A stretch of 64,000 bases of DNA from Giardia intestinalis (Eukaryota). The notes beneath the pieces were generated by a model that saw nothing but the letters and a program-made list of their open reading frames with translations, was not told where the DNA came from and ran no database searches. This document shows positions 29,801-40,176 of the stretch, in pieces. How positions within the stretch are numbered: the first letter of the stretch is position 1; the number at the start of each line of letters is the position of its first letter. Location: assembly GCA_000002435.2 (NCBI GenBank), contig CM018793.1. One strand, written 5' to 3'. A program made the translations under genes and the position numbers.

Positions 29801-32598
29801 CTTGTAAGCCAGCGCATGTCGAAAATAGTGCCAAAGACAGACGATGCGCAAAGTATACCCATGTCCCCGTCCGATAGCTTCTTAGAGTTTCTCAAACCAA
29901 GAAAGCGTCTTAAGATAACCTGATCTATGTCAGGAATCGCGTCTAGAGCAGTCTTGCTATAGCGCGCTTGCGAGCCTGTGATGCCAGAAATACCATACAG
30001 CGTCAGAATCAGCAATTTGATGTTGAGCATTATTGACCCTGATTTCCTCAAGATCTGCTCCACCAAGTCCACCGTATTAACAGATGGGAGTCCTCCCTTT
30101 CCTTCTGGGCCATCTGGCGATAACATGAGGGACTTCAATATAAAGGTTTGTGCCATGTCATCTGGAACTTGATCCAGTAAGATGTAAGACGGGTTAAGCA
30201 AGCGTTTGACTGCTAAGTTGAAGCTGTATGGCCGGGCAAATAGGTCTTTAATCTTTAGCTCTTGGTTGGAATTGCGTGCAGAAGCAGAATATCCTTGAAC
30301 ATAGCTTTGCTTTATACCAGAAGAGAGAACCGATGCCCCTGAGGCGCTGTTGACGCTAGTTGATGAGCGTGCGTCATCAACTGTCGACTGAGCCTGCGTC
30401 TTGGTACTAGCTTGATGAGTGGGAGACTCTTTGGATAGCACCTTGAAGGACGATAAGATCTTTTTTGCTCTGCTGTACTGCTTGCCAGAAACAGGAGAGA
30501 CAGCATCATCCTTTGTATTCGGCGCAGAGTCAGGTGTTCCAGTCCATGAAAAGCTCTCGGGATATATGCAAGGGGAAAGAGACTCACTTAAAATGACATA
30601 AAATCTATCAACATTGAGATTGCCTACGAAAGAATAAAATCTTTTGATGAAGTCCTTACTGCACTCAGAGACTAGGTCGTCGAGAACAAGGACAAAGACA
30701 GATGCACGGGTAAGCACAGAGCGAACCAAAATCCCAAAGACGGACTCATAGTAATCTATGGAGACAGCAGTTTTAATATCATCTAGCTTCCCGCGTATGT
30801 TCATTGCTGCAGCCAGAGATGGTAGAACAAAGGGTAACTTAGCTAGTATACTGGGATTCATCTTTTCTCCGATGCTACTGAGCAAGGGCTTGTCATCTAA
30901 CCTAGCGATATACCTAGCAAGATAGAGATCTATCAAATGAAACTCACCGTCGAACTCAATGTACGAGTGTGTGAGCTTGCACTTTATATCATCTTCTGTG
31001 AGATACAACATGGGCGACAATTCTGGGCCTGAAATACAAGACAGCACATCACCATTATCCTCTGTTTGTATGTGACTTTCAAATCGCTTCAGTTGCTCGG
31101 GTGTTTCAATTTCTTGCATACTTTTAGGCAACTCCCTAATCAGGTGTGAAGTTGTGTGACACATTCTGTAGTAGGTAGCATCGCATGTGTAAAGGTTGCG
31201 CTCATCATCAAACGCAAAAGAGCTAGAGATTTGCTTGAAAGGCACATAAAGGCAGAAGCCGAGCAGGCTATCTCTGACTATACGCATTAGGTCCCCAAGC
31301 AACACAGACCTGCCAGATCCCCGTAGGCCAGCCAAGCAGCAAATCTTTTTCAGAGGTCGAGCTGCACACTGGGTCTTAGTTGAAGAATAGGCAAATAAGT
31401 TTTGCTGAAGGGCCGGAGTCTCCTTTTTTATATTTTCGAACGCTAACATTGCTTTTCTAGTGGCTAAAATGTCATATATCTCTGGAAGCTCTACCGAATA
31501 ATGGGACGCCGTATAGCACTCGACTACATAGTTAGTATCTGTCTTGAAAAGAGCTCGACGAAATTCAACCGGAAAAGTCTCTGAAATGTTCTTCAGTATT
31601 GCTTGAATGTGTATGTCATTGAATGAGAGCCGTATGGAGAGCATTCTCTTCACCATCACCTCAGAGGATAGAGGGTTTATGGGCATGTTCTTAGGTAAGG
31701 ATGCCTCGAGAAGCATTGCTGGGTTTGCGTTGACCGCCTTCCAATAATTCAAAATGTCAGTGTGAGCCTCTGCTGCAGAAAGATAGATCCGAGACTCTGA
31801 AAGGCACAGCAGGCGTAAGATAAACTCGTTGCAGAATGGACCCAAGCTGTACTGCTGGAGCTTCTTGAGCGCGTCCTCCCTTGCTCGTCTCCACCCCGGT
31901 TCTGCGTCATGATATTTCAGTGAGAACGGGGAGGGTGGACACTCTTGCGTGAGAAGCTTGTAGAGGAAAAACCCCATTTGGTAAAGGTCTGTAAGTGGGC
32001 TAAACCTGAGGTTGAAGCGAACGCGCTCTGTGGGTGTAATAGCCAGGAACTTTCGCAGCTCAGTAAGGTGTACAACGAAACTTCCTGTTTGAAGAAAGGA
32101 CTCTGAAAGAGGAGGAGCATACATAATTATGTCATGGAAATCTGCGGAATTAAACCGTGGTGGAATGTAGGAATGAAGCGCTGTTTCGAAGTCAGGGGTT
32201 GTTTTGATGATTCCGTATGATGCCACCAACATTTTGTTATCACAGGAGTCAAGGAAGACAGATTCTGATGTTATGTTTCTGTGTAGCGTGTTTATTGAGT
32301 GTATCTTAGCCAGTATTTCAAGGCATGCGATGGCAAGGACCACAAGCTGCCCGGGTTTGCGAGACCACGAGTCTGGAGTAAAGTGGGAGATTGGTCTACC
32401 AGGCGTAGAGATAGAGCGAATGAAGATAACGTCCCCAGACCTCTCCAAGTAGTCTGGGATAATCACTCCATTCTGGCCACGGAGGATAACCCTCTGCATT
32501 TCGAGTGAATGGTAATAGGCATCGGCGTGCTCATCGGCCCATCCGAGCGTAAGAACCGAAGTTTCAATACACACGCGCGGCTGTGACCTTACAGCCAT
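26878..32598 (-). CDS. Giant protein (1906 aa). It has an N-terminal pseudokinase domain, a degenerate P-loop/Walker-like segment and a long alpha-helical (TPR/HEAT-like) region.
   Basis: This is one continuous 5.7 kb ORF. At aa ~55-225 there is a kinase-like region with IHSINTLHRNITSESVFLD (HRD replaced by HRN), VASYG in place of DFG, and DLYQMGFFLYKLLTQECPP (subdomain IX). At aa ~424-431 the motif GLRGSGRS resembles a Walker A with Lys replaced by Arg. At aa ~633-642 the motif VFVLVLDDLV resembles a Walker B. The remainder is leucine-rich and helical. Confidence 0.7.
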   Translation of the reverse strand: MAVRSQPRVCIETSVLTLGWADEHADAYYHSLEMQRVILRGQNGVIIPDYLERSGDVIFIRSISTPGRPISHFTPDSWSRKPGQLVVLAIACLEILAKIHSINTLHRNITSESVFLDSCDNKMLVASYGIIKTTPDFETALHSYIPPRFNSADFHDIIMYAPPLSESFLQTGSFVVHLTELRKFLAITPTERVRFNLRFSPLTDLYQMGFFLYKLLTQECPPSPFSLKYHDAEPGWRRAREDALKKLQQYSLGPFCNEFILRLLCLSESRIYLSAAEAHTDILNYWKAVNANPAMLLEASLPKNMPINPLSSEVMVKRMLSIRLSFNDIHIQAILKNISETFPVEFRRALFKTDTNYVVECYTASHYSVELPEIYDILATRKAMLAFENIKKETPALQQNLFAYSSTKTQCAARPLKKICCLAGLRGSGRSVLLGDLMRIVRDSLLGFCLYVPFKQISSSFAFDDERNLYTCDATYYRMCHTTSHLIRELPKSMQEIETPEQLKRFESHIQTEDNGDVLSCISGPELSPMLYLTEDDIKCKLTHSYIEFDGEFHLIDLYLARYIARLDDKPLLSSIGEKMNPSILAKLPFVLPSLAAAMNIRGKLDDIKTAVSIDYYESVFGILVRSVLTRASVFVLVLDDLVSECSKDFIKRFYSFVGNLNVDRFYVILSESLSPCIYPESFSWTGTPDSAPNTKDDAVSPVSGKQYSRAKKILSSFKVLSKESPTHQASTKTQAQSTVDDARSSTSVNSASGASVLSSGIKQSYVQGYSASARNSNQELKIKDLFARPYSFNLAVKRLLNPSYILLDQVPDDMAQTFILKSLMLSPDGPEGKGGLPSVNTVDLVEQILRKSGSIMLNIKLLILTLYGISGITGSQARYSKTALDAIPDIDQVILRRFLGLRNSKKLSDGDMGILCASSVFGTIFDMRWLTSALNYSNDDVILTSLTELSNMHLISCAPQFVQLRHPLYAQGGADHGVDLAHNPYNPNKSTNRIGYIFLFNNISLCKVLEESFTSGMSQKLFLIALYLRKRWIARDSVLERKSDLKPSLYIRNYDPRELETGELIRKLHLDFVSLLRASGKAADVSLNDLQINKASLSLRIALRTHKTFFFDHNMGVNNWQQQEAFLKQMEADLRTPSTRACLLEQYDGLFVDITKLLKCLNPCASKLLDIYDQYELLRLNTYACDILSKSFADISKYLSMAKSAEHEIWTAMAMLCLNPMERQNWSLSNYKVVAQKRPLLTFKTANSLDLDSLLKCTIGVLSNPNSAHSSPITSGNADALPGKPNALQSLVSKSDPNGTDPTDMIDTMYNETIQVGTDSELTALYNAFPLLFNFTCANSICYSVQSIRFTTRYNLVQSTYVTDKLSNEVYKHYWLGLIWEWTLGMIQSNKPARAVSIAVSMLQKLLGDEAHINAFLPMITMNKSIHRDTIVATLSLLFTTNLVEGNGLKPHPQAAIMVAFDSLKSPSTPYALMQYMKRASLLERSIQKLLFLIFYALFLRDLTELYLSLAAAMVERCLLYGTTIEGIAMIGILAAIAPSYIHELPKAAMFHIVKAVAEMLQLEETKSQKTMGSAERSLQSYNFIPPLLSYIFELTSIHILPHIDQTVRAHLISYKQTIYLLSSDVVENVISQPLALCLYATSAFLSFRNASELETLAFECQVAYNNMVAIKECVFNVCIFVIACCCKYFRIRNEAELLEKDNITFISTQKSEGAPTDDSESTPFTSKGAKAIYKESLPDFDSISILSIQYMRSDATLLPSKLVCSVLLEAYARAGLLVKALYVARRVLQIFPPTSHGFINILTFTRVALVHIAVVDTAVISQRSADYLAQSLLDIIYRSTGFKGAYKRMADVIMAGLSYIRGCHINNVLSILSQHRDLKSNSKPLREQLEEYGARFFLDVLLTT

Positions 32599-32609
32599 TG
32601 GTTTTAAAT

Positions 32610-34457
32610 TTACTGTGTTTTTTGTATCGATAGATTTTGATCTGCAAAGAGGAGATCGTCGTCCATTGTTTCGAGCATGGCGTGGATATCATCAATGGAA
32701 AAGAGATTTTCTATTCCCAGCTCTTTAATATCAGTAGCAACTTCTGCAAGGGAGCCCTTTGAAAGGCGTTCCATTAGGAGATAGACCTTCGATCCTTCTG
32801 CTTCTCTCAGAAGCGGACTATTTTGCGCATTCTTCTCCCACAGATGTTCAGCATAGGGCCTGGCCTCCAGTATACGATAGTCTAGAGCATGGGATATGGC
32901 TAACCCCAGGTCGACATAGTTCATTTTCATGCACTGGTAGTAGGTGTTGTGGAGAATGGTCACCCCTAGATCGGCAAGTTCTTTGTAGGTACTCTTGTAA
33001 ATGCAGAGGCCCAGCTGTACTGCGCATTCCAATCGATCAACCTTAATCAACAACTTTGCAATCCACTCTGTTGCACGCAGCAGAGGCACAGAAAGCTTTA
33101 GGCTATTGTTGTCAAGAAGAGTTGGCTCTACTGCAGCAGCGTCACGGATGTGCTCAAGGCTAGAAAGTAGTGCTTGTCCCAGTGTGACAATCTGCTGCTC
33201 CAGAATATCTGGCAAGCCGTCCGTAAAGATAGACAAGGCATTGCTCCCAATTGTGTCTTTCCAAATGCCAACTAAGATGTCTAGGCTGTCATCCTGGAAC
33301 CTTAGCGGTATATCCTTTGGCTTTCTAGTCTCCAATCTGTTTGCGAGCTCCCGGGCAGCAAGGATAAATGAGTCTGCGTTTTGGACAGTGAACGCAAGGG
33401 CGTGATTGGGATTCGCTGAGAGGATATGATGTAAGAAAAGGGTGTGCTGGTTCAGGTGCTCCGAAAGTCGTATAAACAGGGGCAATGCCCGCTCAAATAT
33501 TATCACCAAGTGACCAGCTAGCAAGAGGATACGGAAGACAACTGGTGTGATAGATAGTAATCTCTTGAGGTCAAGAAGTGCGCTTTCAGGGTGAATGGGT
33601 ATAGGGCACAGTCCTACATCATAGAGGCATATCTTTCCGCTCGTGGTACTCATAACCACGATACCCAGCTCTGACGATACAGCACAGCAAGTTGGGATAT
33701 CTCCACTCAACAGTGCTTGATCAGCAGCGTCTGTCCAGGTATGTTTGACGTGAAGATTAGCTAACGGAATAGTTACCTCCTTCCCACGATCATCCACACC
33801 ATTCCAATGGGCGAAGAGGCTAGATATCGACCCGAGGATTAAGGTTCCAGTCCTGTCTATGGCAACAAAGTGGTGCATGCTTGCTGTAGCATAAACGGGA
33901 GAACTTGCCAGTTCAATAGCGAATTGAGAGCAAACAGTATTAGAAGGAGTGATAGTTCGCTTGATAGATATAACAAGGCGGGACGGCTGAAACTTTCGTA
34001 CGAAAAATGTGATCAACATACTCTCTAGTAGCACAGATTCTATAAGAACGGTGTCGCTAGGAAGGTCTAGGGAGGCGACCACAGCAGTTTCTCCGTTAGA
34101 GCTACCCCTGTGAGCCTCTATCAGATTTTCACTTCTAACGTAGTGCAAAGGAAGGGCATGGAGAGGTATTTCACTGATCATCTCGAGGCTGGCAACCTCC
34201 TGCAGAAATAGGGTACGCAAATCAAACATAAAAGCGTGTGACCGAGAAAACCCCACAACAAAGTAATAATCGCCAGCAGCATGTGCAAACACTGGACACG
34301 ATGTAAGTGCGACGCGGAAGAAAGGCATATATAGTTCAGGCAGGGGTCGTTTGAGAAGCTCATGTGGGCGTAGCAGAGCAGAAGGCTCACACGTATCACT
34401 GAGGTACAAAAGTTTAGAGAAAGGAGCGTCAAGGGGGTTATGTTCAAAGGAGCGCAT
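32610..34457 (-). CDS. Hypothetical protein (615 aa)
   Basis: This is a long ORF. Its stop codon lies only 11 nt upstream of the next gene's ATG. No domain was recognised. It could carry an N-terminal beta-rich and a C-terminal helical region. Confidence 0.5.
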   Translation of the reverse strand: MRSFEHNPLDAPFSKLLYLSDTCEPSALLRPHELLKRPLPELYMPFFRVALTSCPVFAHAAGDYYFVVGFSRSHAFMFDLRTLFLQEVASLEMISEIPLHALPLHYVRSENLIEAHRGSSNGETAVVASLDLPSDTVLIESVLLESMLITFFVRKFQPSRLVISIKRTITPSNTVCSQFAIELASSPVYATASMHHFVAIDRTGTLILGSISSLFAHWNGVDDRGKEVTIPLANLHVKHTWTDAADQALLSGDIPTCCAVSSELGIVVMSTTSGKICLYDVGLCPIPIHPESALLDLKRLLSITPVVFRILLLAGHLVIIFERALPLFIRLSEHLNQHTLFLHHILSANPNHALAFTVQNADSFILAARELANRLETRKPKDIPLRFQDDSLDILVGIWKDTIGSNALSIFTDGLPDILEQQIVTLGQALLSSLEHIRDAAAVEPTLLDNNSLKLSVPLLRATEWIAKLLIKVDRLECAVQLGLCIYKSTYKELADLGVTILHNTYYQCMKMNYVDLGLAISHALDYRILEARPYAEHLWEKNAQNSPLLREAEGSKVYLLMERLSKGSLAEVATDIKELGIENLFSIDDIHAMLETMDDDLLFADQNLSIQKTQ

Positions 34458-34551
34458 GCTCTAGTCTAAATGGGGACAAACGAGTGATGTGCAAGCGATC
34501 GCTTGAAAGGATCAGAGATCTGGGACAGAAAAATAAAAACGCAGCGAGATT

Positions 34552-35841
34552 ATGCAGTCGCTGAAAGACCATGAATACGATTACAACGAGATTGACAATA
34601 TTCTCAACCAATACCTAAATAGATACGGCATCTCCTACACTGGATCCGTAGCGGCAGATGAACAGTCTCAGACCCGTAAGGATGTATTAACAGCAACTCC
34701 AGTGAGTTCGGCCCTTCGACCGAGTCAACTAGGGCCAGCTCGTGAGAATGATGCTACTACATTGCATGACACACCACGGACTGTGGGGTATGAAGCTAAA
34801 CAAGAAGGCTCCTTGATGATGACGCAGAACGATGGTGACGACCCAGTGCAACTTGATTTGGTAGACTTGGAGGACCAGTCACATGTCAACGAATCTAGGA
34901 CGGTTCCCAACGTGGAACGCAACGAACGAAAGATAGTCGCACACGAGCCATCCATCTCCACACTTACCAGAGATATTAATGCATTGGAACAACGGGTTCT
35001 TGGTAACCAGAGGCCCAACGTTCATTTGGCTAACCTAGAAGATGACAAGAGCAGGGCAGAGACAGCCATCCAGCTCGATGACCTGGACGATGTACTAACT
35101 TTGAGTGAAAACATGAGCGAATCTCTTAGTCAGCACACACGTGCCCTTGCACGACTTCAGTCTAATCTTAGAAACTACAGTAGACATACGAATTCCGCAA
35201 ACATTTTATCTAATACTCGGAAATATTCAGGATACAAACATGCACTTGCCCAGCAGTACTACACTAAGGGGAAGCGTCCACCATCATGTCAGCGGACAAA
35301 TAGAAGTGGGCCATCGACCTCACACAGAATGTCCTCCTCACTTCCTGACATGTCTCTGCAAACACCAAAGACTCTGACGAAGAGTACTAACAGCAATCCC
35401 ATTTACACATCAAGATCCGAGAGTCAGCGGAGGTCACAGTCCCAAACACAATACTCGCGCAGCGTGCTGGACGACAGCCTGCTGGACTACCCGTTCGACA
35501 CCAGCAACAAGCTTGTCGGGGCGAGCAGGGCTCTCGACGCCGACGCCGCCTCGACGGTCGTCGTCAACGGGAAGCTGACGTCCATCGAGGCCAGAACCCT
35601 GTTGGGGCGGGTGCACACCATGGAGCTTCTGCTCGACCAGTCGGCCCAGACGATCGGGGAGCTGCGCCGCGAAAACGCCAGGCTGCAGCGGGTCATCCTG
35701 TCCAAGGACGCATCGACGCAGAAGATCTTGACCCTCGAAGCAGAGGTCCTCGCCCTACGCAAGAGCCTCAAGCAGTCCGAGGAATCCCGACGGCGACAGG
35801 CCACCCTCATCGAAAGACTCAAGGCAGATTCTGGCGTATGA
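34552..35841 (+). CDS. Hypothetical protein with a C-terminal coiled-coil (429 aa). Its last ~100 codons include the 288-bp segment that is duplicated at 59325-59612.
   Basis: The ORF has a Ser-rich middle section. The C-terminal sequence LLGRVHTMELLLDQSAQTIGELRRENARLQRVILSKDASTQKILTLEAEVLALRKSLKQSEE has a heptad character. Confidence 0.55.
   Translation: MQSLKDHEYDYNEIDNILNQYLNRYGISYTGSVAADEQSQTRKDVLTATPVSSALRPSQLGPARENDATTLHDTPRTVGYEAKQEGSLMMTQNDGDDPVQLDLVDLEDQSHVNESRTVPNVERNERKIVAHEPSISTLTRDINALEQRVLGNQRPNVHLANLEDDKSRAETAIQLDDLDDVLTLSENMSESLSQHTRALARLQSNLRNYSRHTNSANILSNTRKYSGYKHALAQQYYTKGKRPPSCQRTNRSGPSTSHRMSSSLPDMSLQTPKTLTKSTNSNPIYTSRSESQRRSQSQTQYSRSVLDDSLLDYPFDTSNKLVGASRALDADAASTVVVNGKLTSIEARTLLGRVHTMELLLDQSAQTIGELRRENARLQRVILSKDASTQKILTLEAEVLALRKSLKQSEESRRRQATLIERLKADSGV
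35430..35717 (+). repeat. Copy A of a 288-bp perfect direct repeat, lying within the 3' coding region of CDS 34552-35841
   Basis: This is identical nucleotide-for-nucleotide to 59325-59612. The flanks diverge immediately on both sides. Confidence 0.9.
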
Positions 35842-35862
35842 GCCAGCGAACGAGCACGGTGA

Positions 35863-35869
35863 ATTCACT
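35863..35869 (-). promoter_or_regulatory. Putative Giardia-type polyadenylation signal (AGTGAAT, matching AGTRAAY) 9 nt downstream of the GAPDH stop
   Basis: The minus strand reads TAA gccgcaacc AGTGAAT tc. Confidence 0.35.
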
Positions 35870-35878
35870 GGTTGCGGC

Positions 35879-36913
<1,035 letters not shown>

Positions 36914-37395
36914 TTAAGTTTTTTCACTCAGAATACTTTGGACATTCAGGTGGCTTTAGAAAAGATTAGCAGGAGTAAGTTCCCAGGAATACAAGGCTGC
37001 AGACCGGATTTACCTCACTTTGAAGGCTCATTAGCAATGATCAATTTCCATCATCTGTAAATTTTAAGGTAGATCAATCTTTCTTAAGGACTGCACCGAA
37101 CAGATGGTGACCTACAGATCAGCTCATGGGTCTTCAGGCTTCAATGTCACTCTTTCGGCTTTTCATTTACATTTTAGGCAGCCTCTGGATCTTTAGAGCT
37201 GTCCTTGATGTGTCAAAAGCGTTTCAGGACAGAAGTAACGATAGGCCTACCTGACACAACAGCTTAGAAAGAGTGGAGCAAGCAGCCACATTCGACAGAC
37301 GATTATTTAAGTGCGAGGGGAGTAGCGAGGCATTGTTCTTAGAAGTTTGTTCAGTAAATTGCATGGAACATACATGAAGGTAAGTTAATTGTTTG

Positions 37396-38043
37396 CTAAT
37401 GCTGCTTTGATTGTCTGCATGTAGATTTGGGCTTTCGAGGTGTGGCGGCAGAGGACAATCTTGTGTGAACATTAGCTTCTGTATACAACAAGTTTCTTCT
37501 TGATTCTTCTGCTTTCCGCTTGGCAGTAGCTTCCCAGTCGTACCGAAATGGGGGCAGGCGAGCAGAGACAGAGCTCAATCTACTAATGTCTGCATAGTAC
37601 CGCGGCGATTTACCATCTATATCGAGTGTAGTGACATTAGCTCCAGACTCAATTAGGACATGGGCTATGTCTGGATGACCCTTGATGCACGCTATGTGAA
37701 GAGGTGTCCTGCCATGGTTGTCGACTGCATCCAGGTCGAGGTAGGCCTTTCTTTTAAGGAGACACGTCAACATTTCGAGGTCATTGCTTGCAGCGCATCT
37801 ATGCACTACCGTCCCACCGTGAATCGCTGGGTCAGCCACGTTAAAATTAAAGCCCTTTTCGAAGAGATAGTCCAATGTATTTACGTTGCCATTGGCGACT
37901 GCTATGTGAACCGGAGGAACCTCGAAGCTGTACTTTTGGAGCGGAAAGATTGCTTTTGCAAAAATCCACTCCATACGAGCCAAATCCCCCTCATATGTGT
38001 ACGCTGTGAACAGCTCGGCAAGTAAATCCTCCGTCTTACTCAT
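37396..38043 (-). CDS. Small ankyrin-repeat protein (215 aa)
   Basis: Ankyrin repeats are present, including VHIAVANGNVNTLDYLFEKG, TVVHRCAASNDLEMLTCLLK and RTPLHIACIKGHPDIAHVLIESGANV. Confidence 0.8.
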   Translation of the reverse strand: MSKTEDLLAELFTAYTYEGDLARMEWIFAKAIFPLQKYSFEVPPVHIAVANGNVNTLDYLFEKGFNFNVADPAIHGGTVVHRCAASNDLEMLTCLLKRKAYLDLDAVDNHGRTPLHIACIKGHPDIAHVLIESGANVTTLDIDGKSPRYYADISRLSSVSARLPPFRYDWEATAKRKAEESRRNLLYTEANVHTRLSSAATPRKPKSTCRQSKQH

Positions 38044-38106
38044 CAGGCGTGCCTTGCGAGAAGCCTAAACCTCGCCTACTTCTAAAACAAAAATATCCGG
38101 GTTCTG

Positions 38107-38829
38107 ATGACACAGAACGGAGCATCGCAAATCCCCGAAAATGTACTCAAGTGTGCATACACACGCATCACCGATGATCTTCGGCAGGCCCTCCTAAAGT
38201 GCATTGATTCTACTAAGAAGGCACGCACATTTGGGAGCGTTTTTGCAGAACCGGTTGATTACGTTGCGTTGGGCATACCAGACTATATCGAGGTCATTAA
38301 GCGGCCGATGGACCTCAGTACTCTCAAGAGCAATTTACTTGTTGGCGAGTATATCTTTCTCCACGAGTTCCTCAAGGACGCAGAACTTATCTTTTCCAAC
38401 TGTAGGACGTACAACGGAATGTCGAACGACGGATACTTTTGGAAGGCCGCCGAAGAGGTTGAGAAGTTTTTCATCAATACAATCTCGCGCATAGATGGCT
38501 TGAACCTCACTTTAGACATCTATAAGAAGATAGTCCAATCTCCCATACCTGTCATTCCAGAGTACAGTGAGCTTCCTATGACGGTCTCCGAACTGCAGAT
38601 AATGATCAAGAGAATGTCCGAACTGCCCAAGCCTGCGTTGACAGCGTGCATCCAGTACTATCTGCAGAGGAAAGGTGCGAGCGCGGAGGAGATGGCCGGG
38701 AAAGAGTTTACTTTGCACTTTGTCAGCACTGACAGCGCAATCCTTAGAGACCTTGACAAACTAATAAGAAAGAAAGCAATGGAGGCCAAAGAAAACAAAA
38801 CTCAACGGGCAAAGAAGCTAAAGCATTGA
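38107..38829 (+). CDS. Bromodomain protein (240 aa)
   Basis: The segment FAEPVDYVALGIPDYIEVIKRPMDLSTLKSNLLVGEYIFLHEFLKDAELIFSNCRTYNG matches a bromodomain. Its PMDL, the conserved Tyr and the acetyl-lysine-binding YN are all present. The gene is divergent from the ankyrin gene across a 63-nt spacer. Confidence 0.8.
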   Translation: MTQNGASQIPENVLKCAYTRITDDLRQALLKCIDSTKKARTFGSVFAEPVDYVALGIPDYIEVIKRPMDLSTLKSNLLVGEYIFLHEFLKDAELIFSNCRTYNGMSNDGYFWKAAEEVEKFFINTISRIDGLNLTLDIYKKIVQSPIPVIPEYSELPMTVSELQIMIKRMSELPKPALTACIQYYLQRKGASAEEMAGKEFTLHFVSTDSAILRDLDKLIRKKAMEAKENKTQRAKKLKH

Positions 38830-39011
38830 TGTGTATCTCAAATGAATAAGCACGCTACTACTTGATACACAATCGTCACGCTTCTGTATGTTTCCGCTTT
38901 ACCTACTGTGATATGTTAACGAAGAAGCAACCGAAGCCCAAACGTACGGCAAAGTACGTAGCCAGAGGAAGTCTTGGGCCACTATGTGGGCTGAGCTATC
39001 TATATCTATCT

Positions 39012-40040
39012 TTAGAATGACTCTAGAGCCGGTTGGAGAGCAGAGCGCCACGATTCACCCAAGTTCTTCTCCTGCTCTGCCAGCGACAGGCTGTTTGCCG
39101 CGGCAGCAGTACTGGCTGTACTAATCCCAGCTCCATGGAAAAGTGAGCCACGAGAGTTCGCAGTTGATGGCCGCGAAGATCCTTGAGCAGCTGCATATGT
39201 GTTTAGGCCAGCACTTGTAACATTAGGTGCTGTCCCCGTTAAGCCTCTACTATGCTGTACAGGTTGCTTCTGTGTGCGGGCCGTGGATCCATGGTGGAGC
39301 CTGTCGAGCCCTGCAGCCTCCAATCGTTGATGAGAATCCATACCCTTGTTTAGTAGGTTCTGAGACAGGTGCTGGTTCATCATCTGCTCGCAGGCCGTTA
39401 TGTTCTCCGTGAGTGTGTTCCTGTACGCTATTGCAGAGGTAGTAAGGTCCAGATGGGCGGTTGCATTCATCGACCTGTCCACATCAAGGCCACTAGTATT
39501 AAGCTGGGATGCGCTACCCGCGGTGTACTGGTTCTGTGATCGCATATATGTGTTATAGATCATACGATTTGTGTTATTTGCCAGCGTACGTTGCTCTTGT
39601 GGGTCAATCTGATGTTTGAAGCTGACAGTTGGCGTCGTAGCTTCAGCCGGTCGTTCTGTGGCAGTCAGATTGCGATATGTGAGTGTAGAAGTAAAGTAGT
39701 TATCACGAAATGTGTCTGTGTCCCATATGTTCGTGGTGTTCAGCAAATTCATTAGCCTTAGGGTGTCAGTTGCATCGCCTTGTGGTAAAAGTGCTGTATC
39801 TAGAGTGAGGTTCATCAGAGTGTCATTAGGCTTCAAACCATTGCGAGCTTGCATGTAGTCTCGGAGCCTAATCTCCTCGAATTGAAACTCAATAAAGTTG
39901 TTTGAGAAATCAGAAATGATCAGTGTCTCTTCCTTAAAGGGCAATACCTCTTGAGTTACCCGTGCCCCCTGACGAGATGGAGCGACTGGTTTTGCGTCTG
40001 GAATGGTGGTGGGCTGGATTGATGAGTGTAGGGTGGGCAT
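39012..40040 (-). CDS. Hypothetical protein (342 aa), rich in Asn, Thr and Ser
   Basis: This is an ORF in a dense gene array. No domain was recognised. Confidence 0.45.
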   Translation of the reverse strand: MPTLHSSIQPTTIPDAKPVAPSRQGARVTQEVLPFKEETLIISDFSNNFIEFQFEEIRLRDYMQARNGLKPNDTLMNLTLDTALLPQGDATDTLRLMNLLNTTNIWDTDTFRDNYFTSTLTYRNLTATERPAEATTPTVSFKHQIDPQEQRTLANNTNRMIYNTYMRSQNQYTAGSASQLNTSGLDVDRSMNATAHLDLTTSAIAYRNTLTENITACEQMMNQHLSQNLLNKGMDSHQRLEAAGLDRLHHGSTARTQKQPVQHSRGLTGTAPNVTSAGLNTYAAAQGSSRPSTANSRGSLFHGAGISTASTAAAANSLSLAEQEKNLGESWRSALQPALESF

Positions 40041-40176
40041 TTTTTTGAATCTGTAAAGCTATTTTTTAAATTGCTGTGTCGTTAGTATCTCTGCAATTTC
40101 CTCCACGCAAGGTCCCTGGTGCAATGAGCAGTGTGAGCAAGACGTAGACAGACGCATATGTAGTATCATTTACTGT

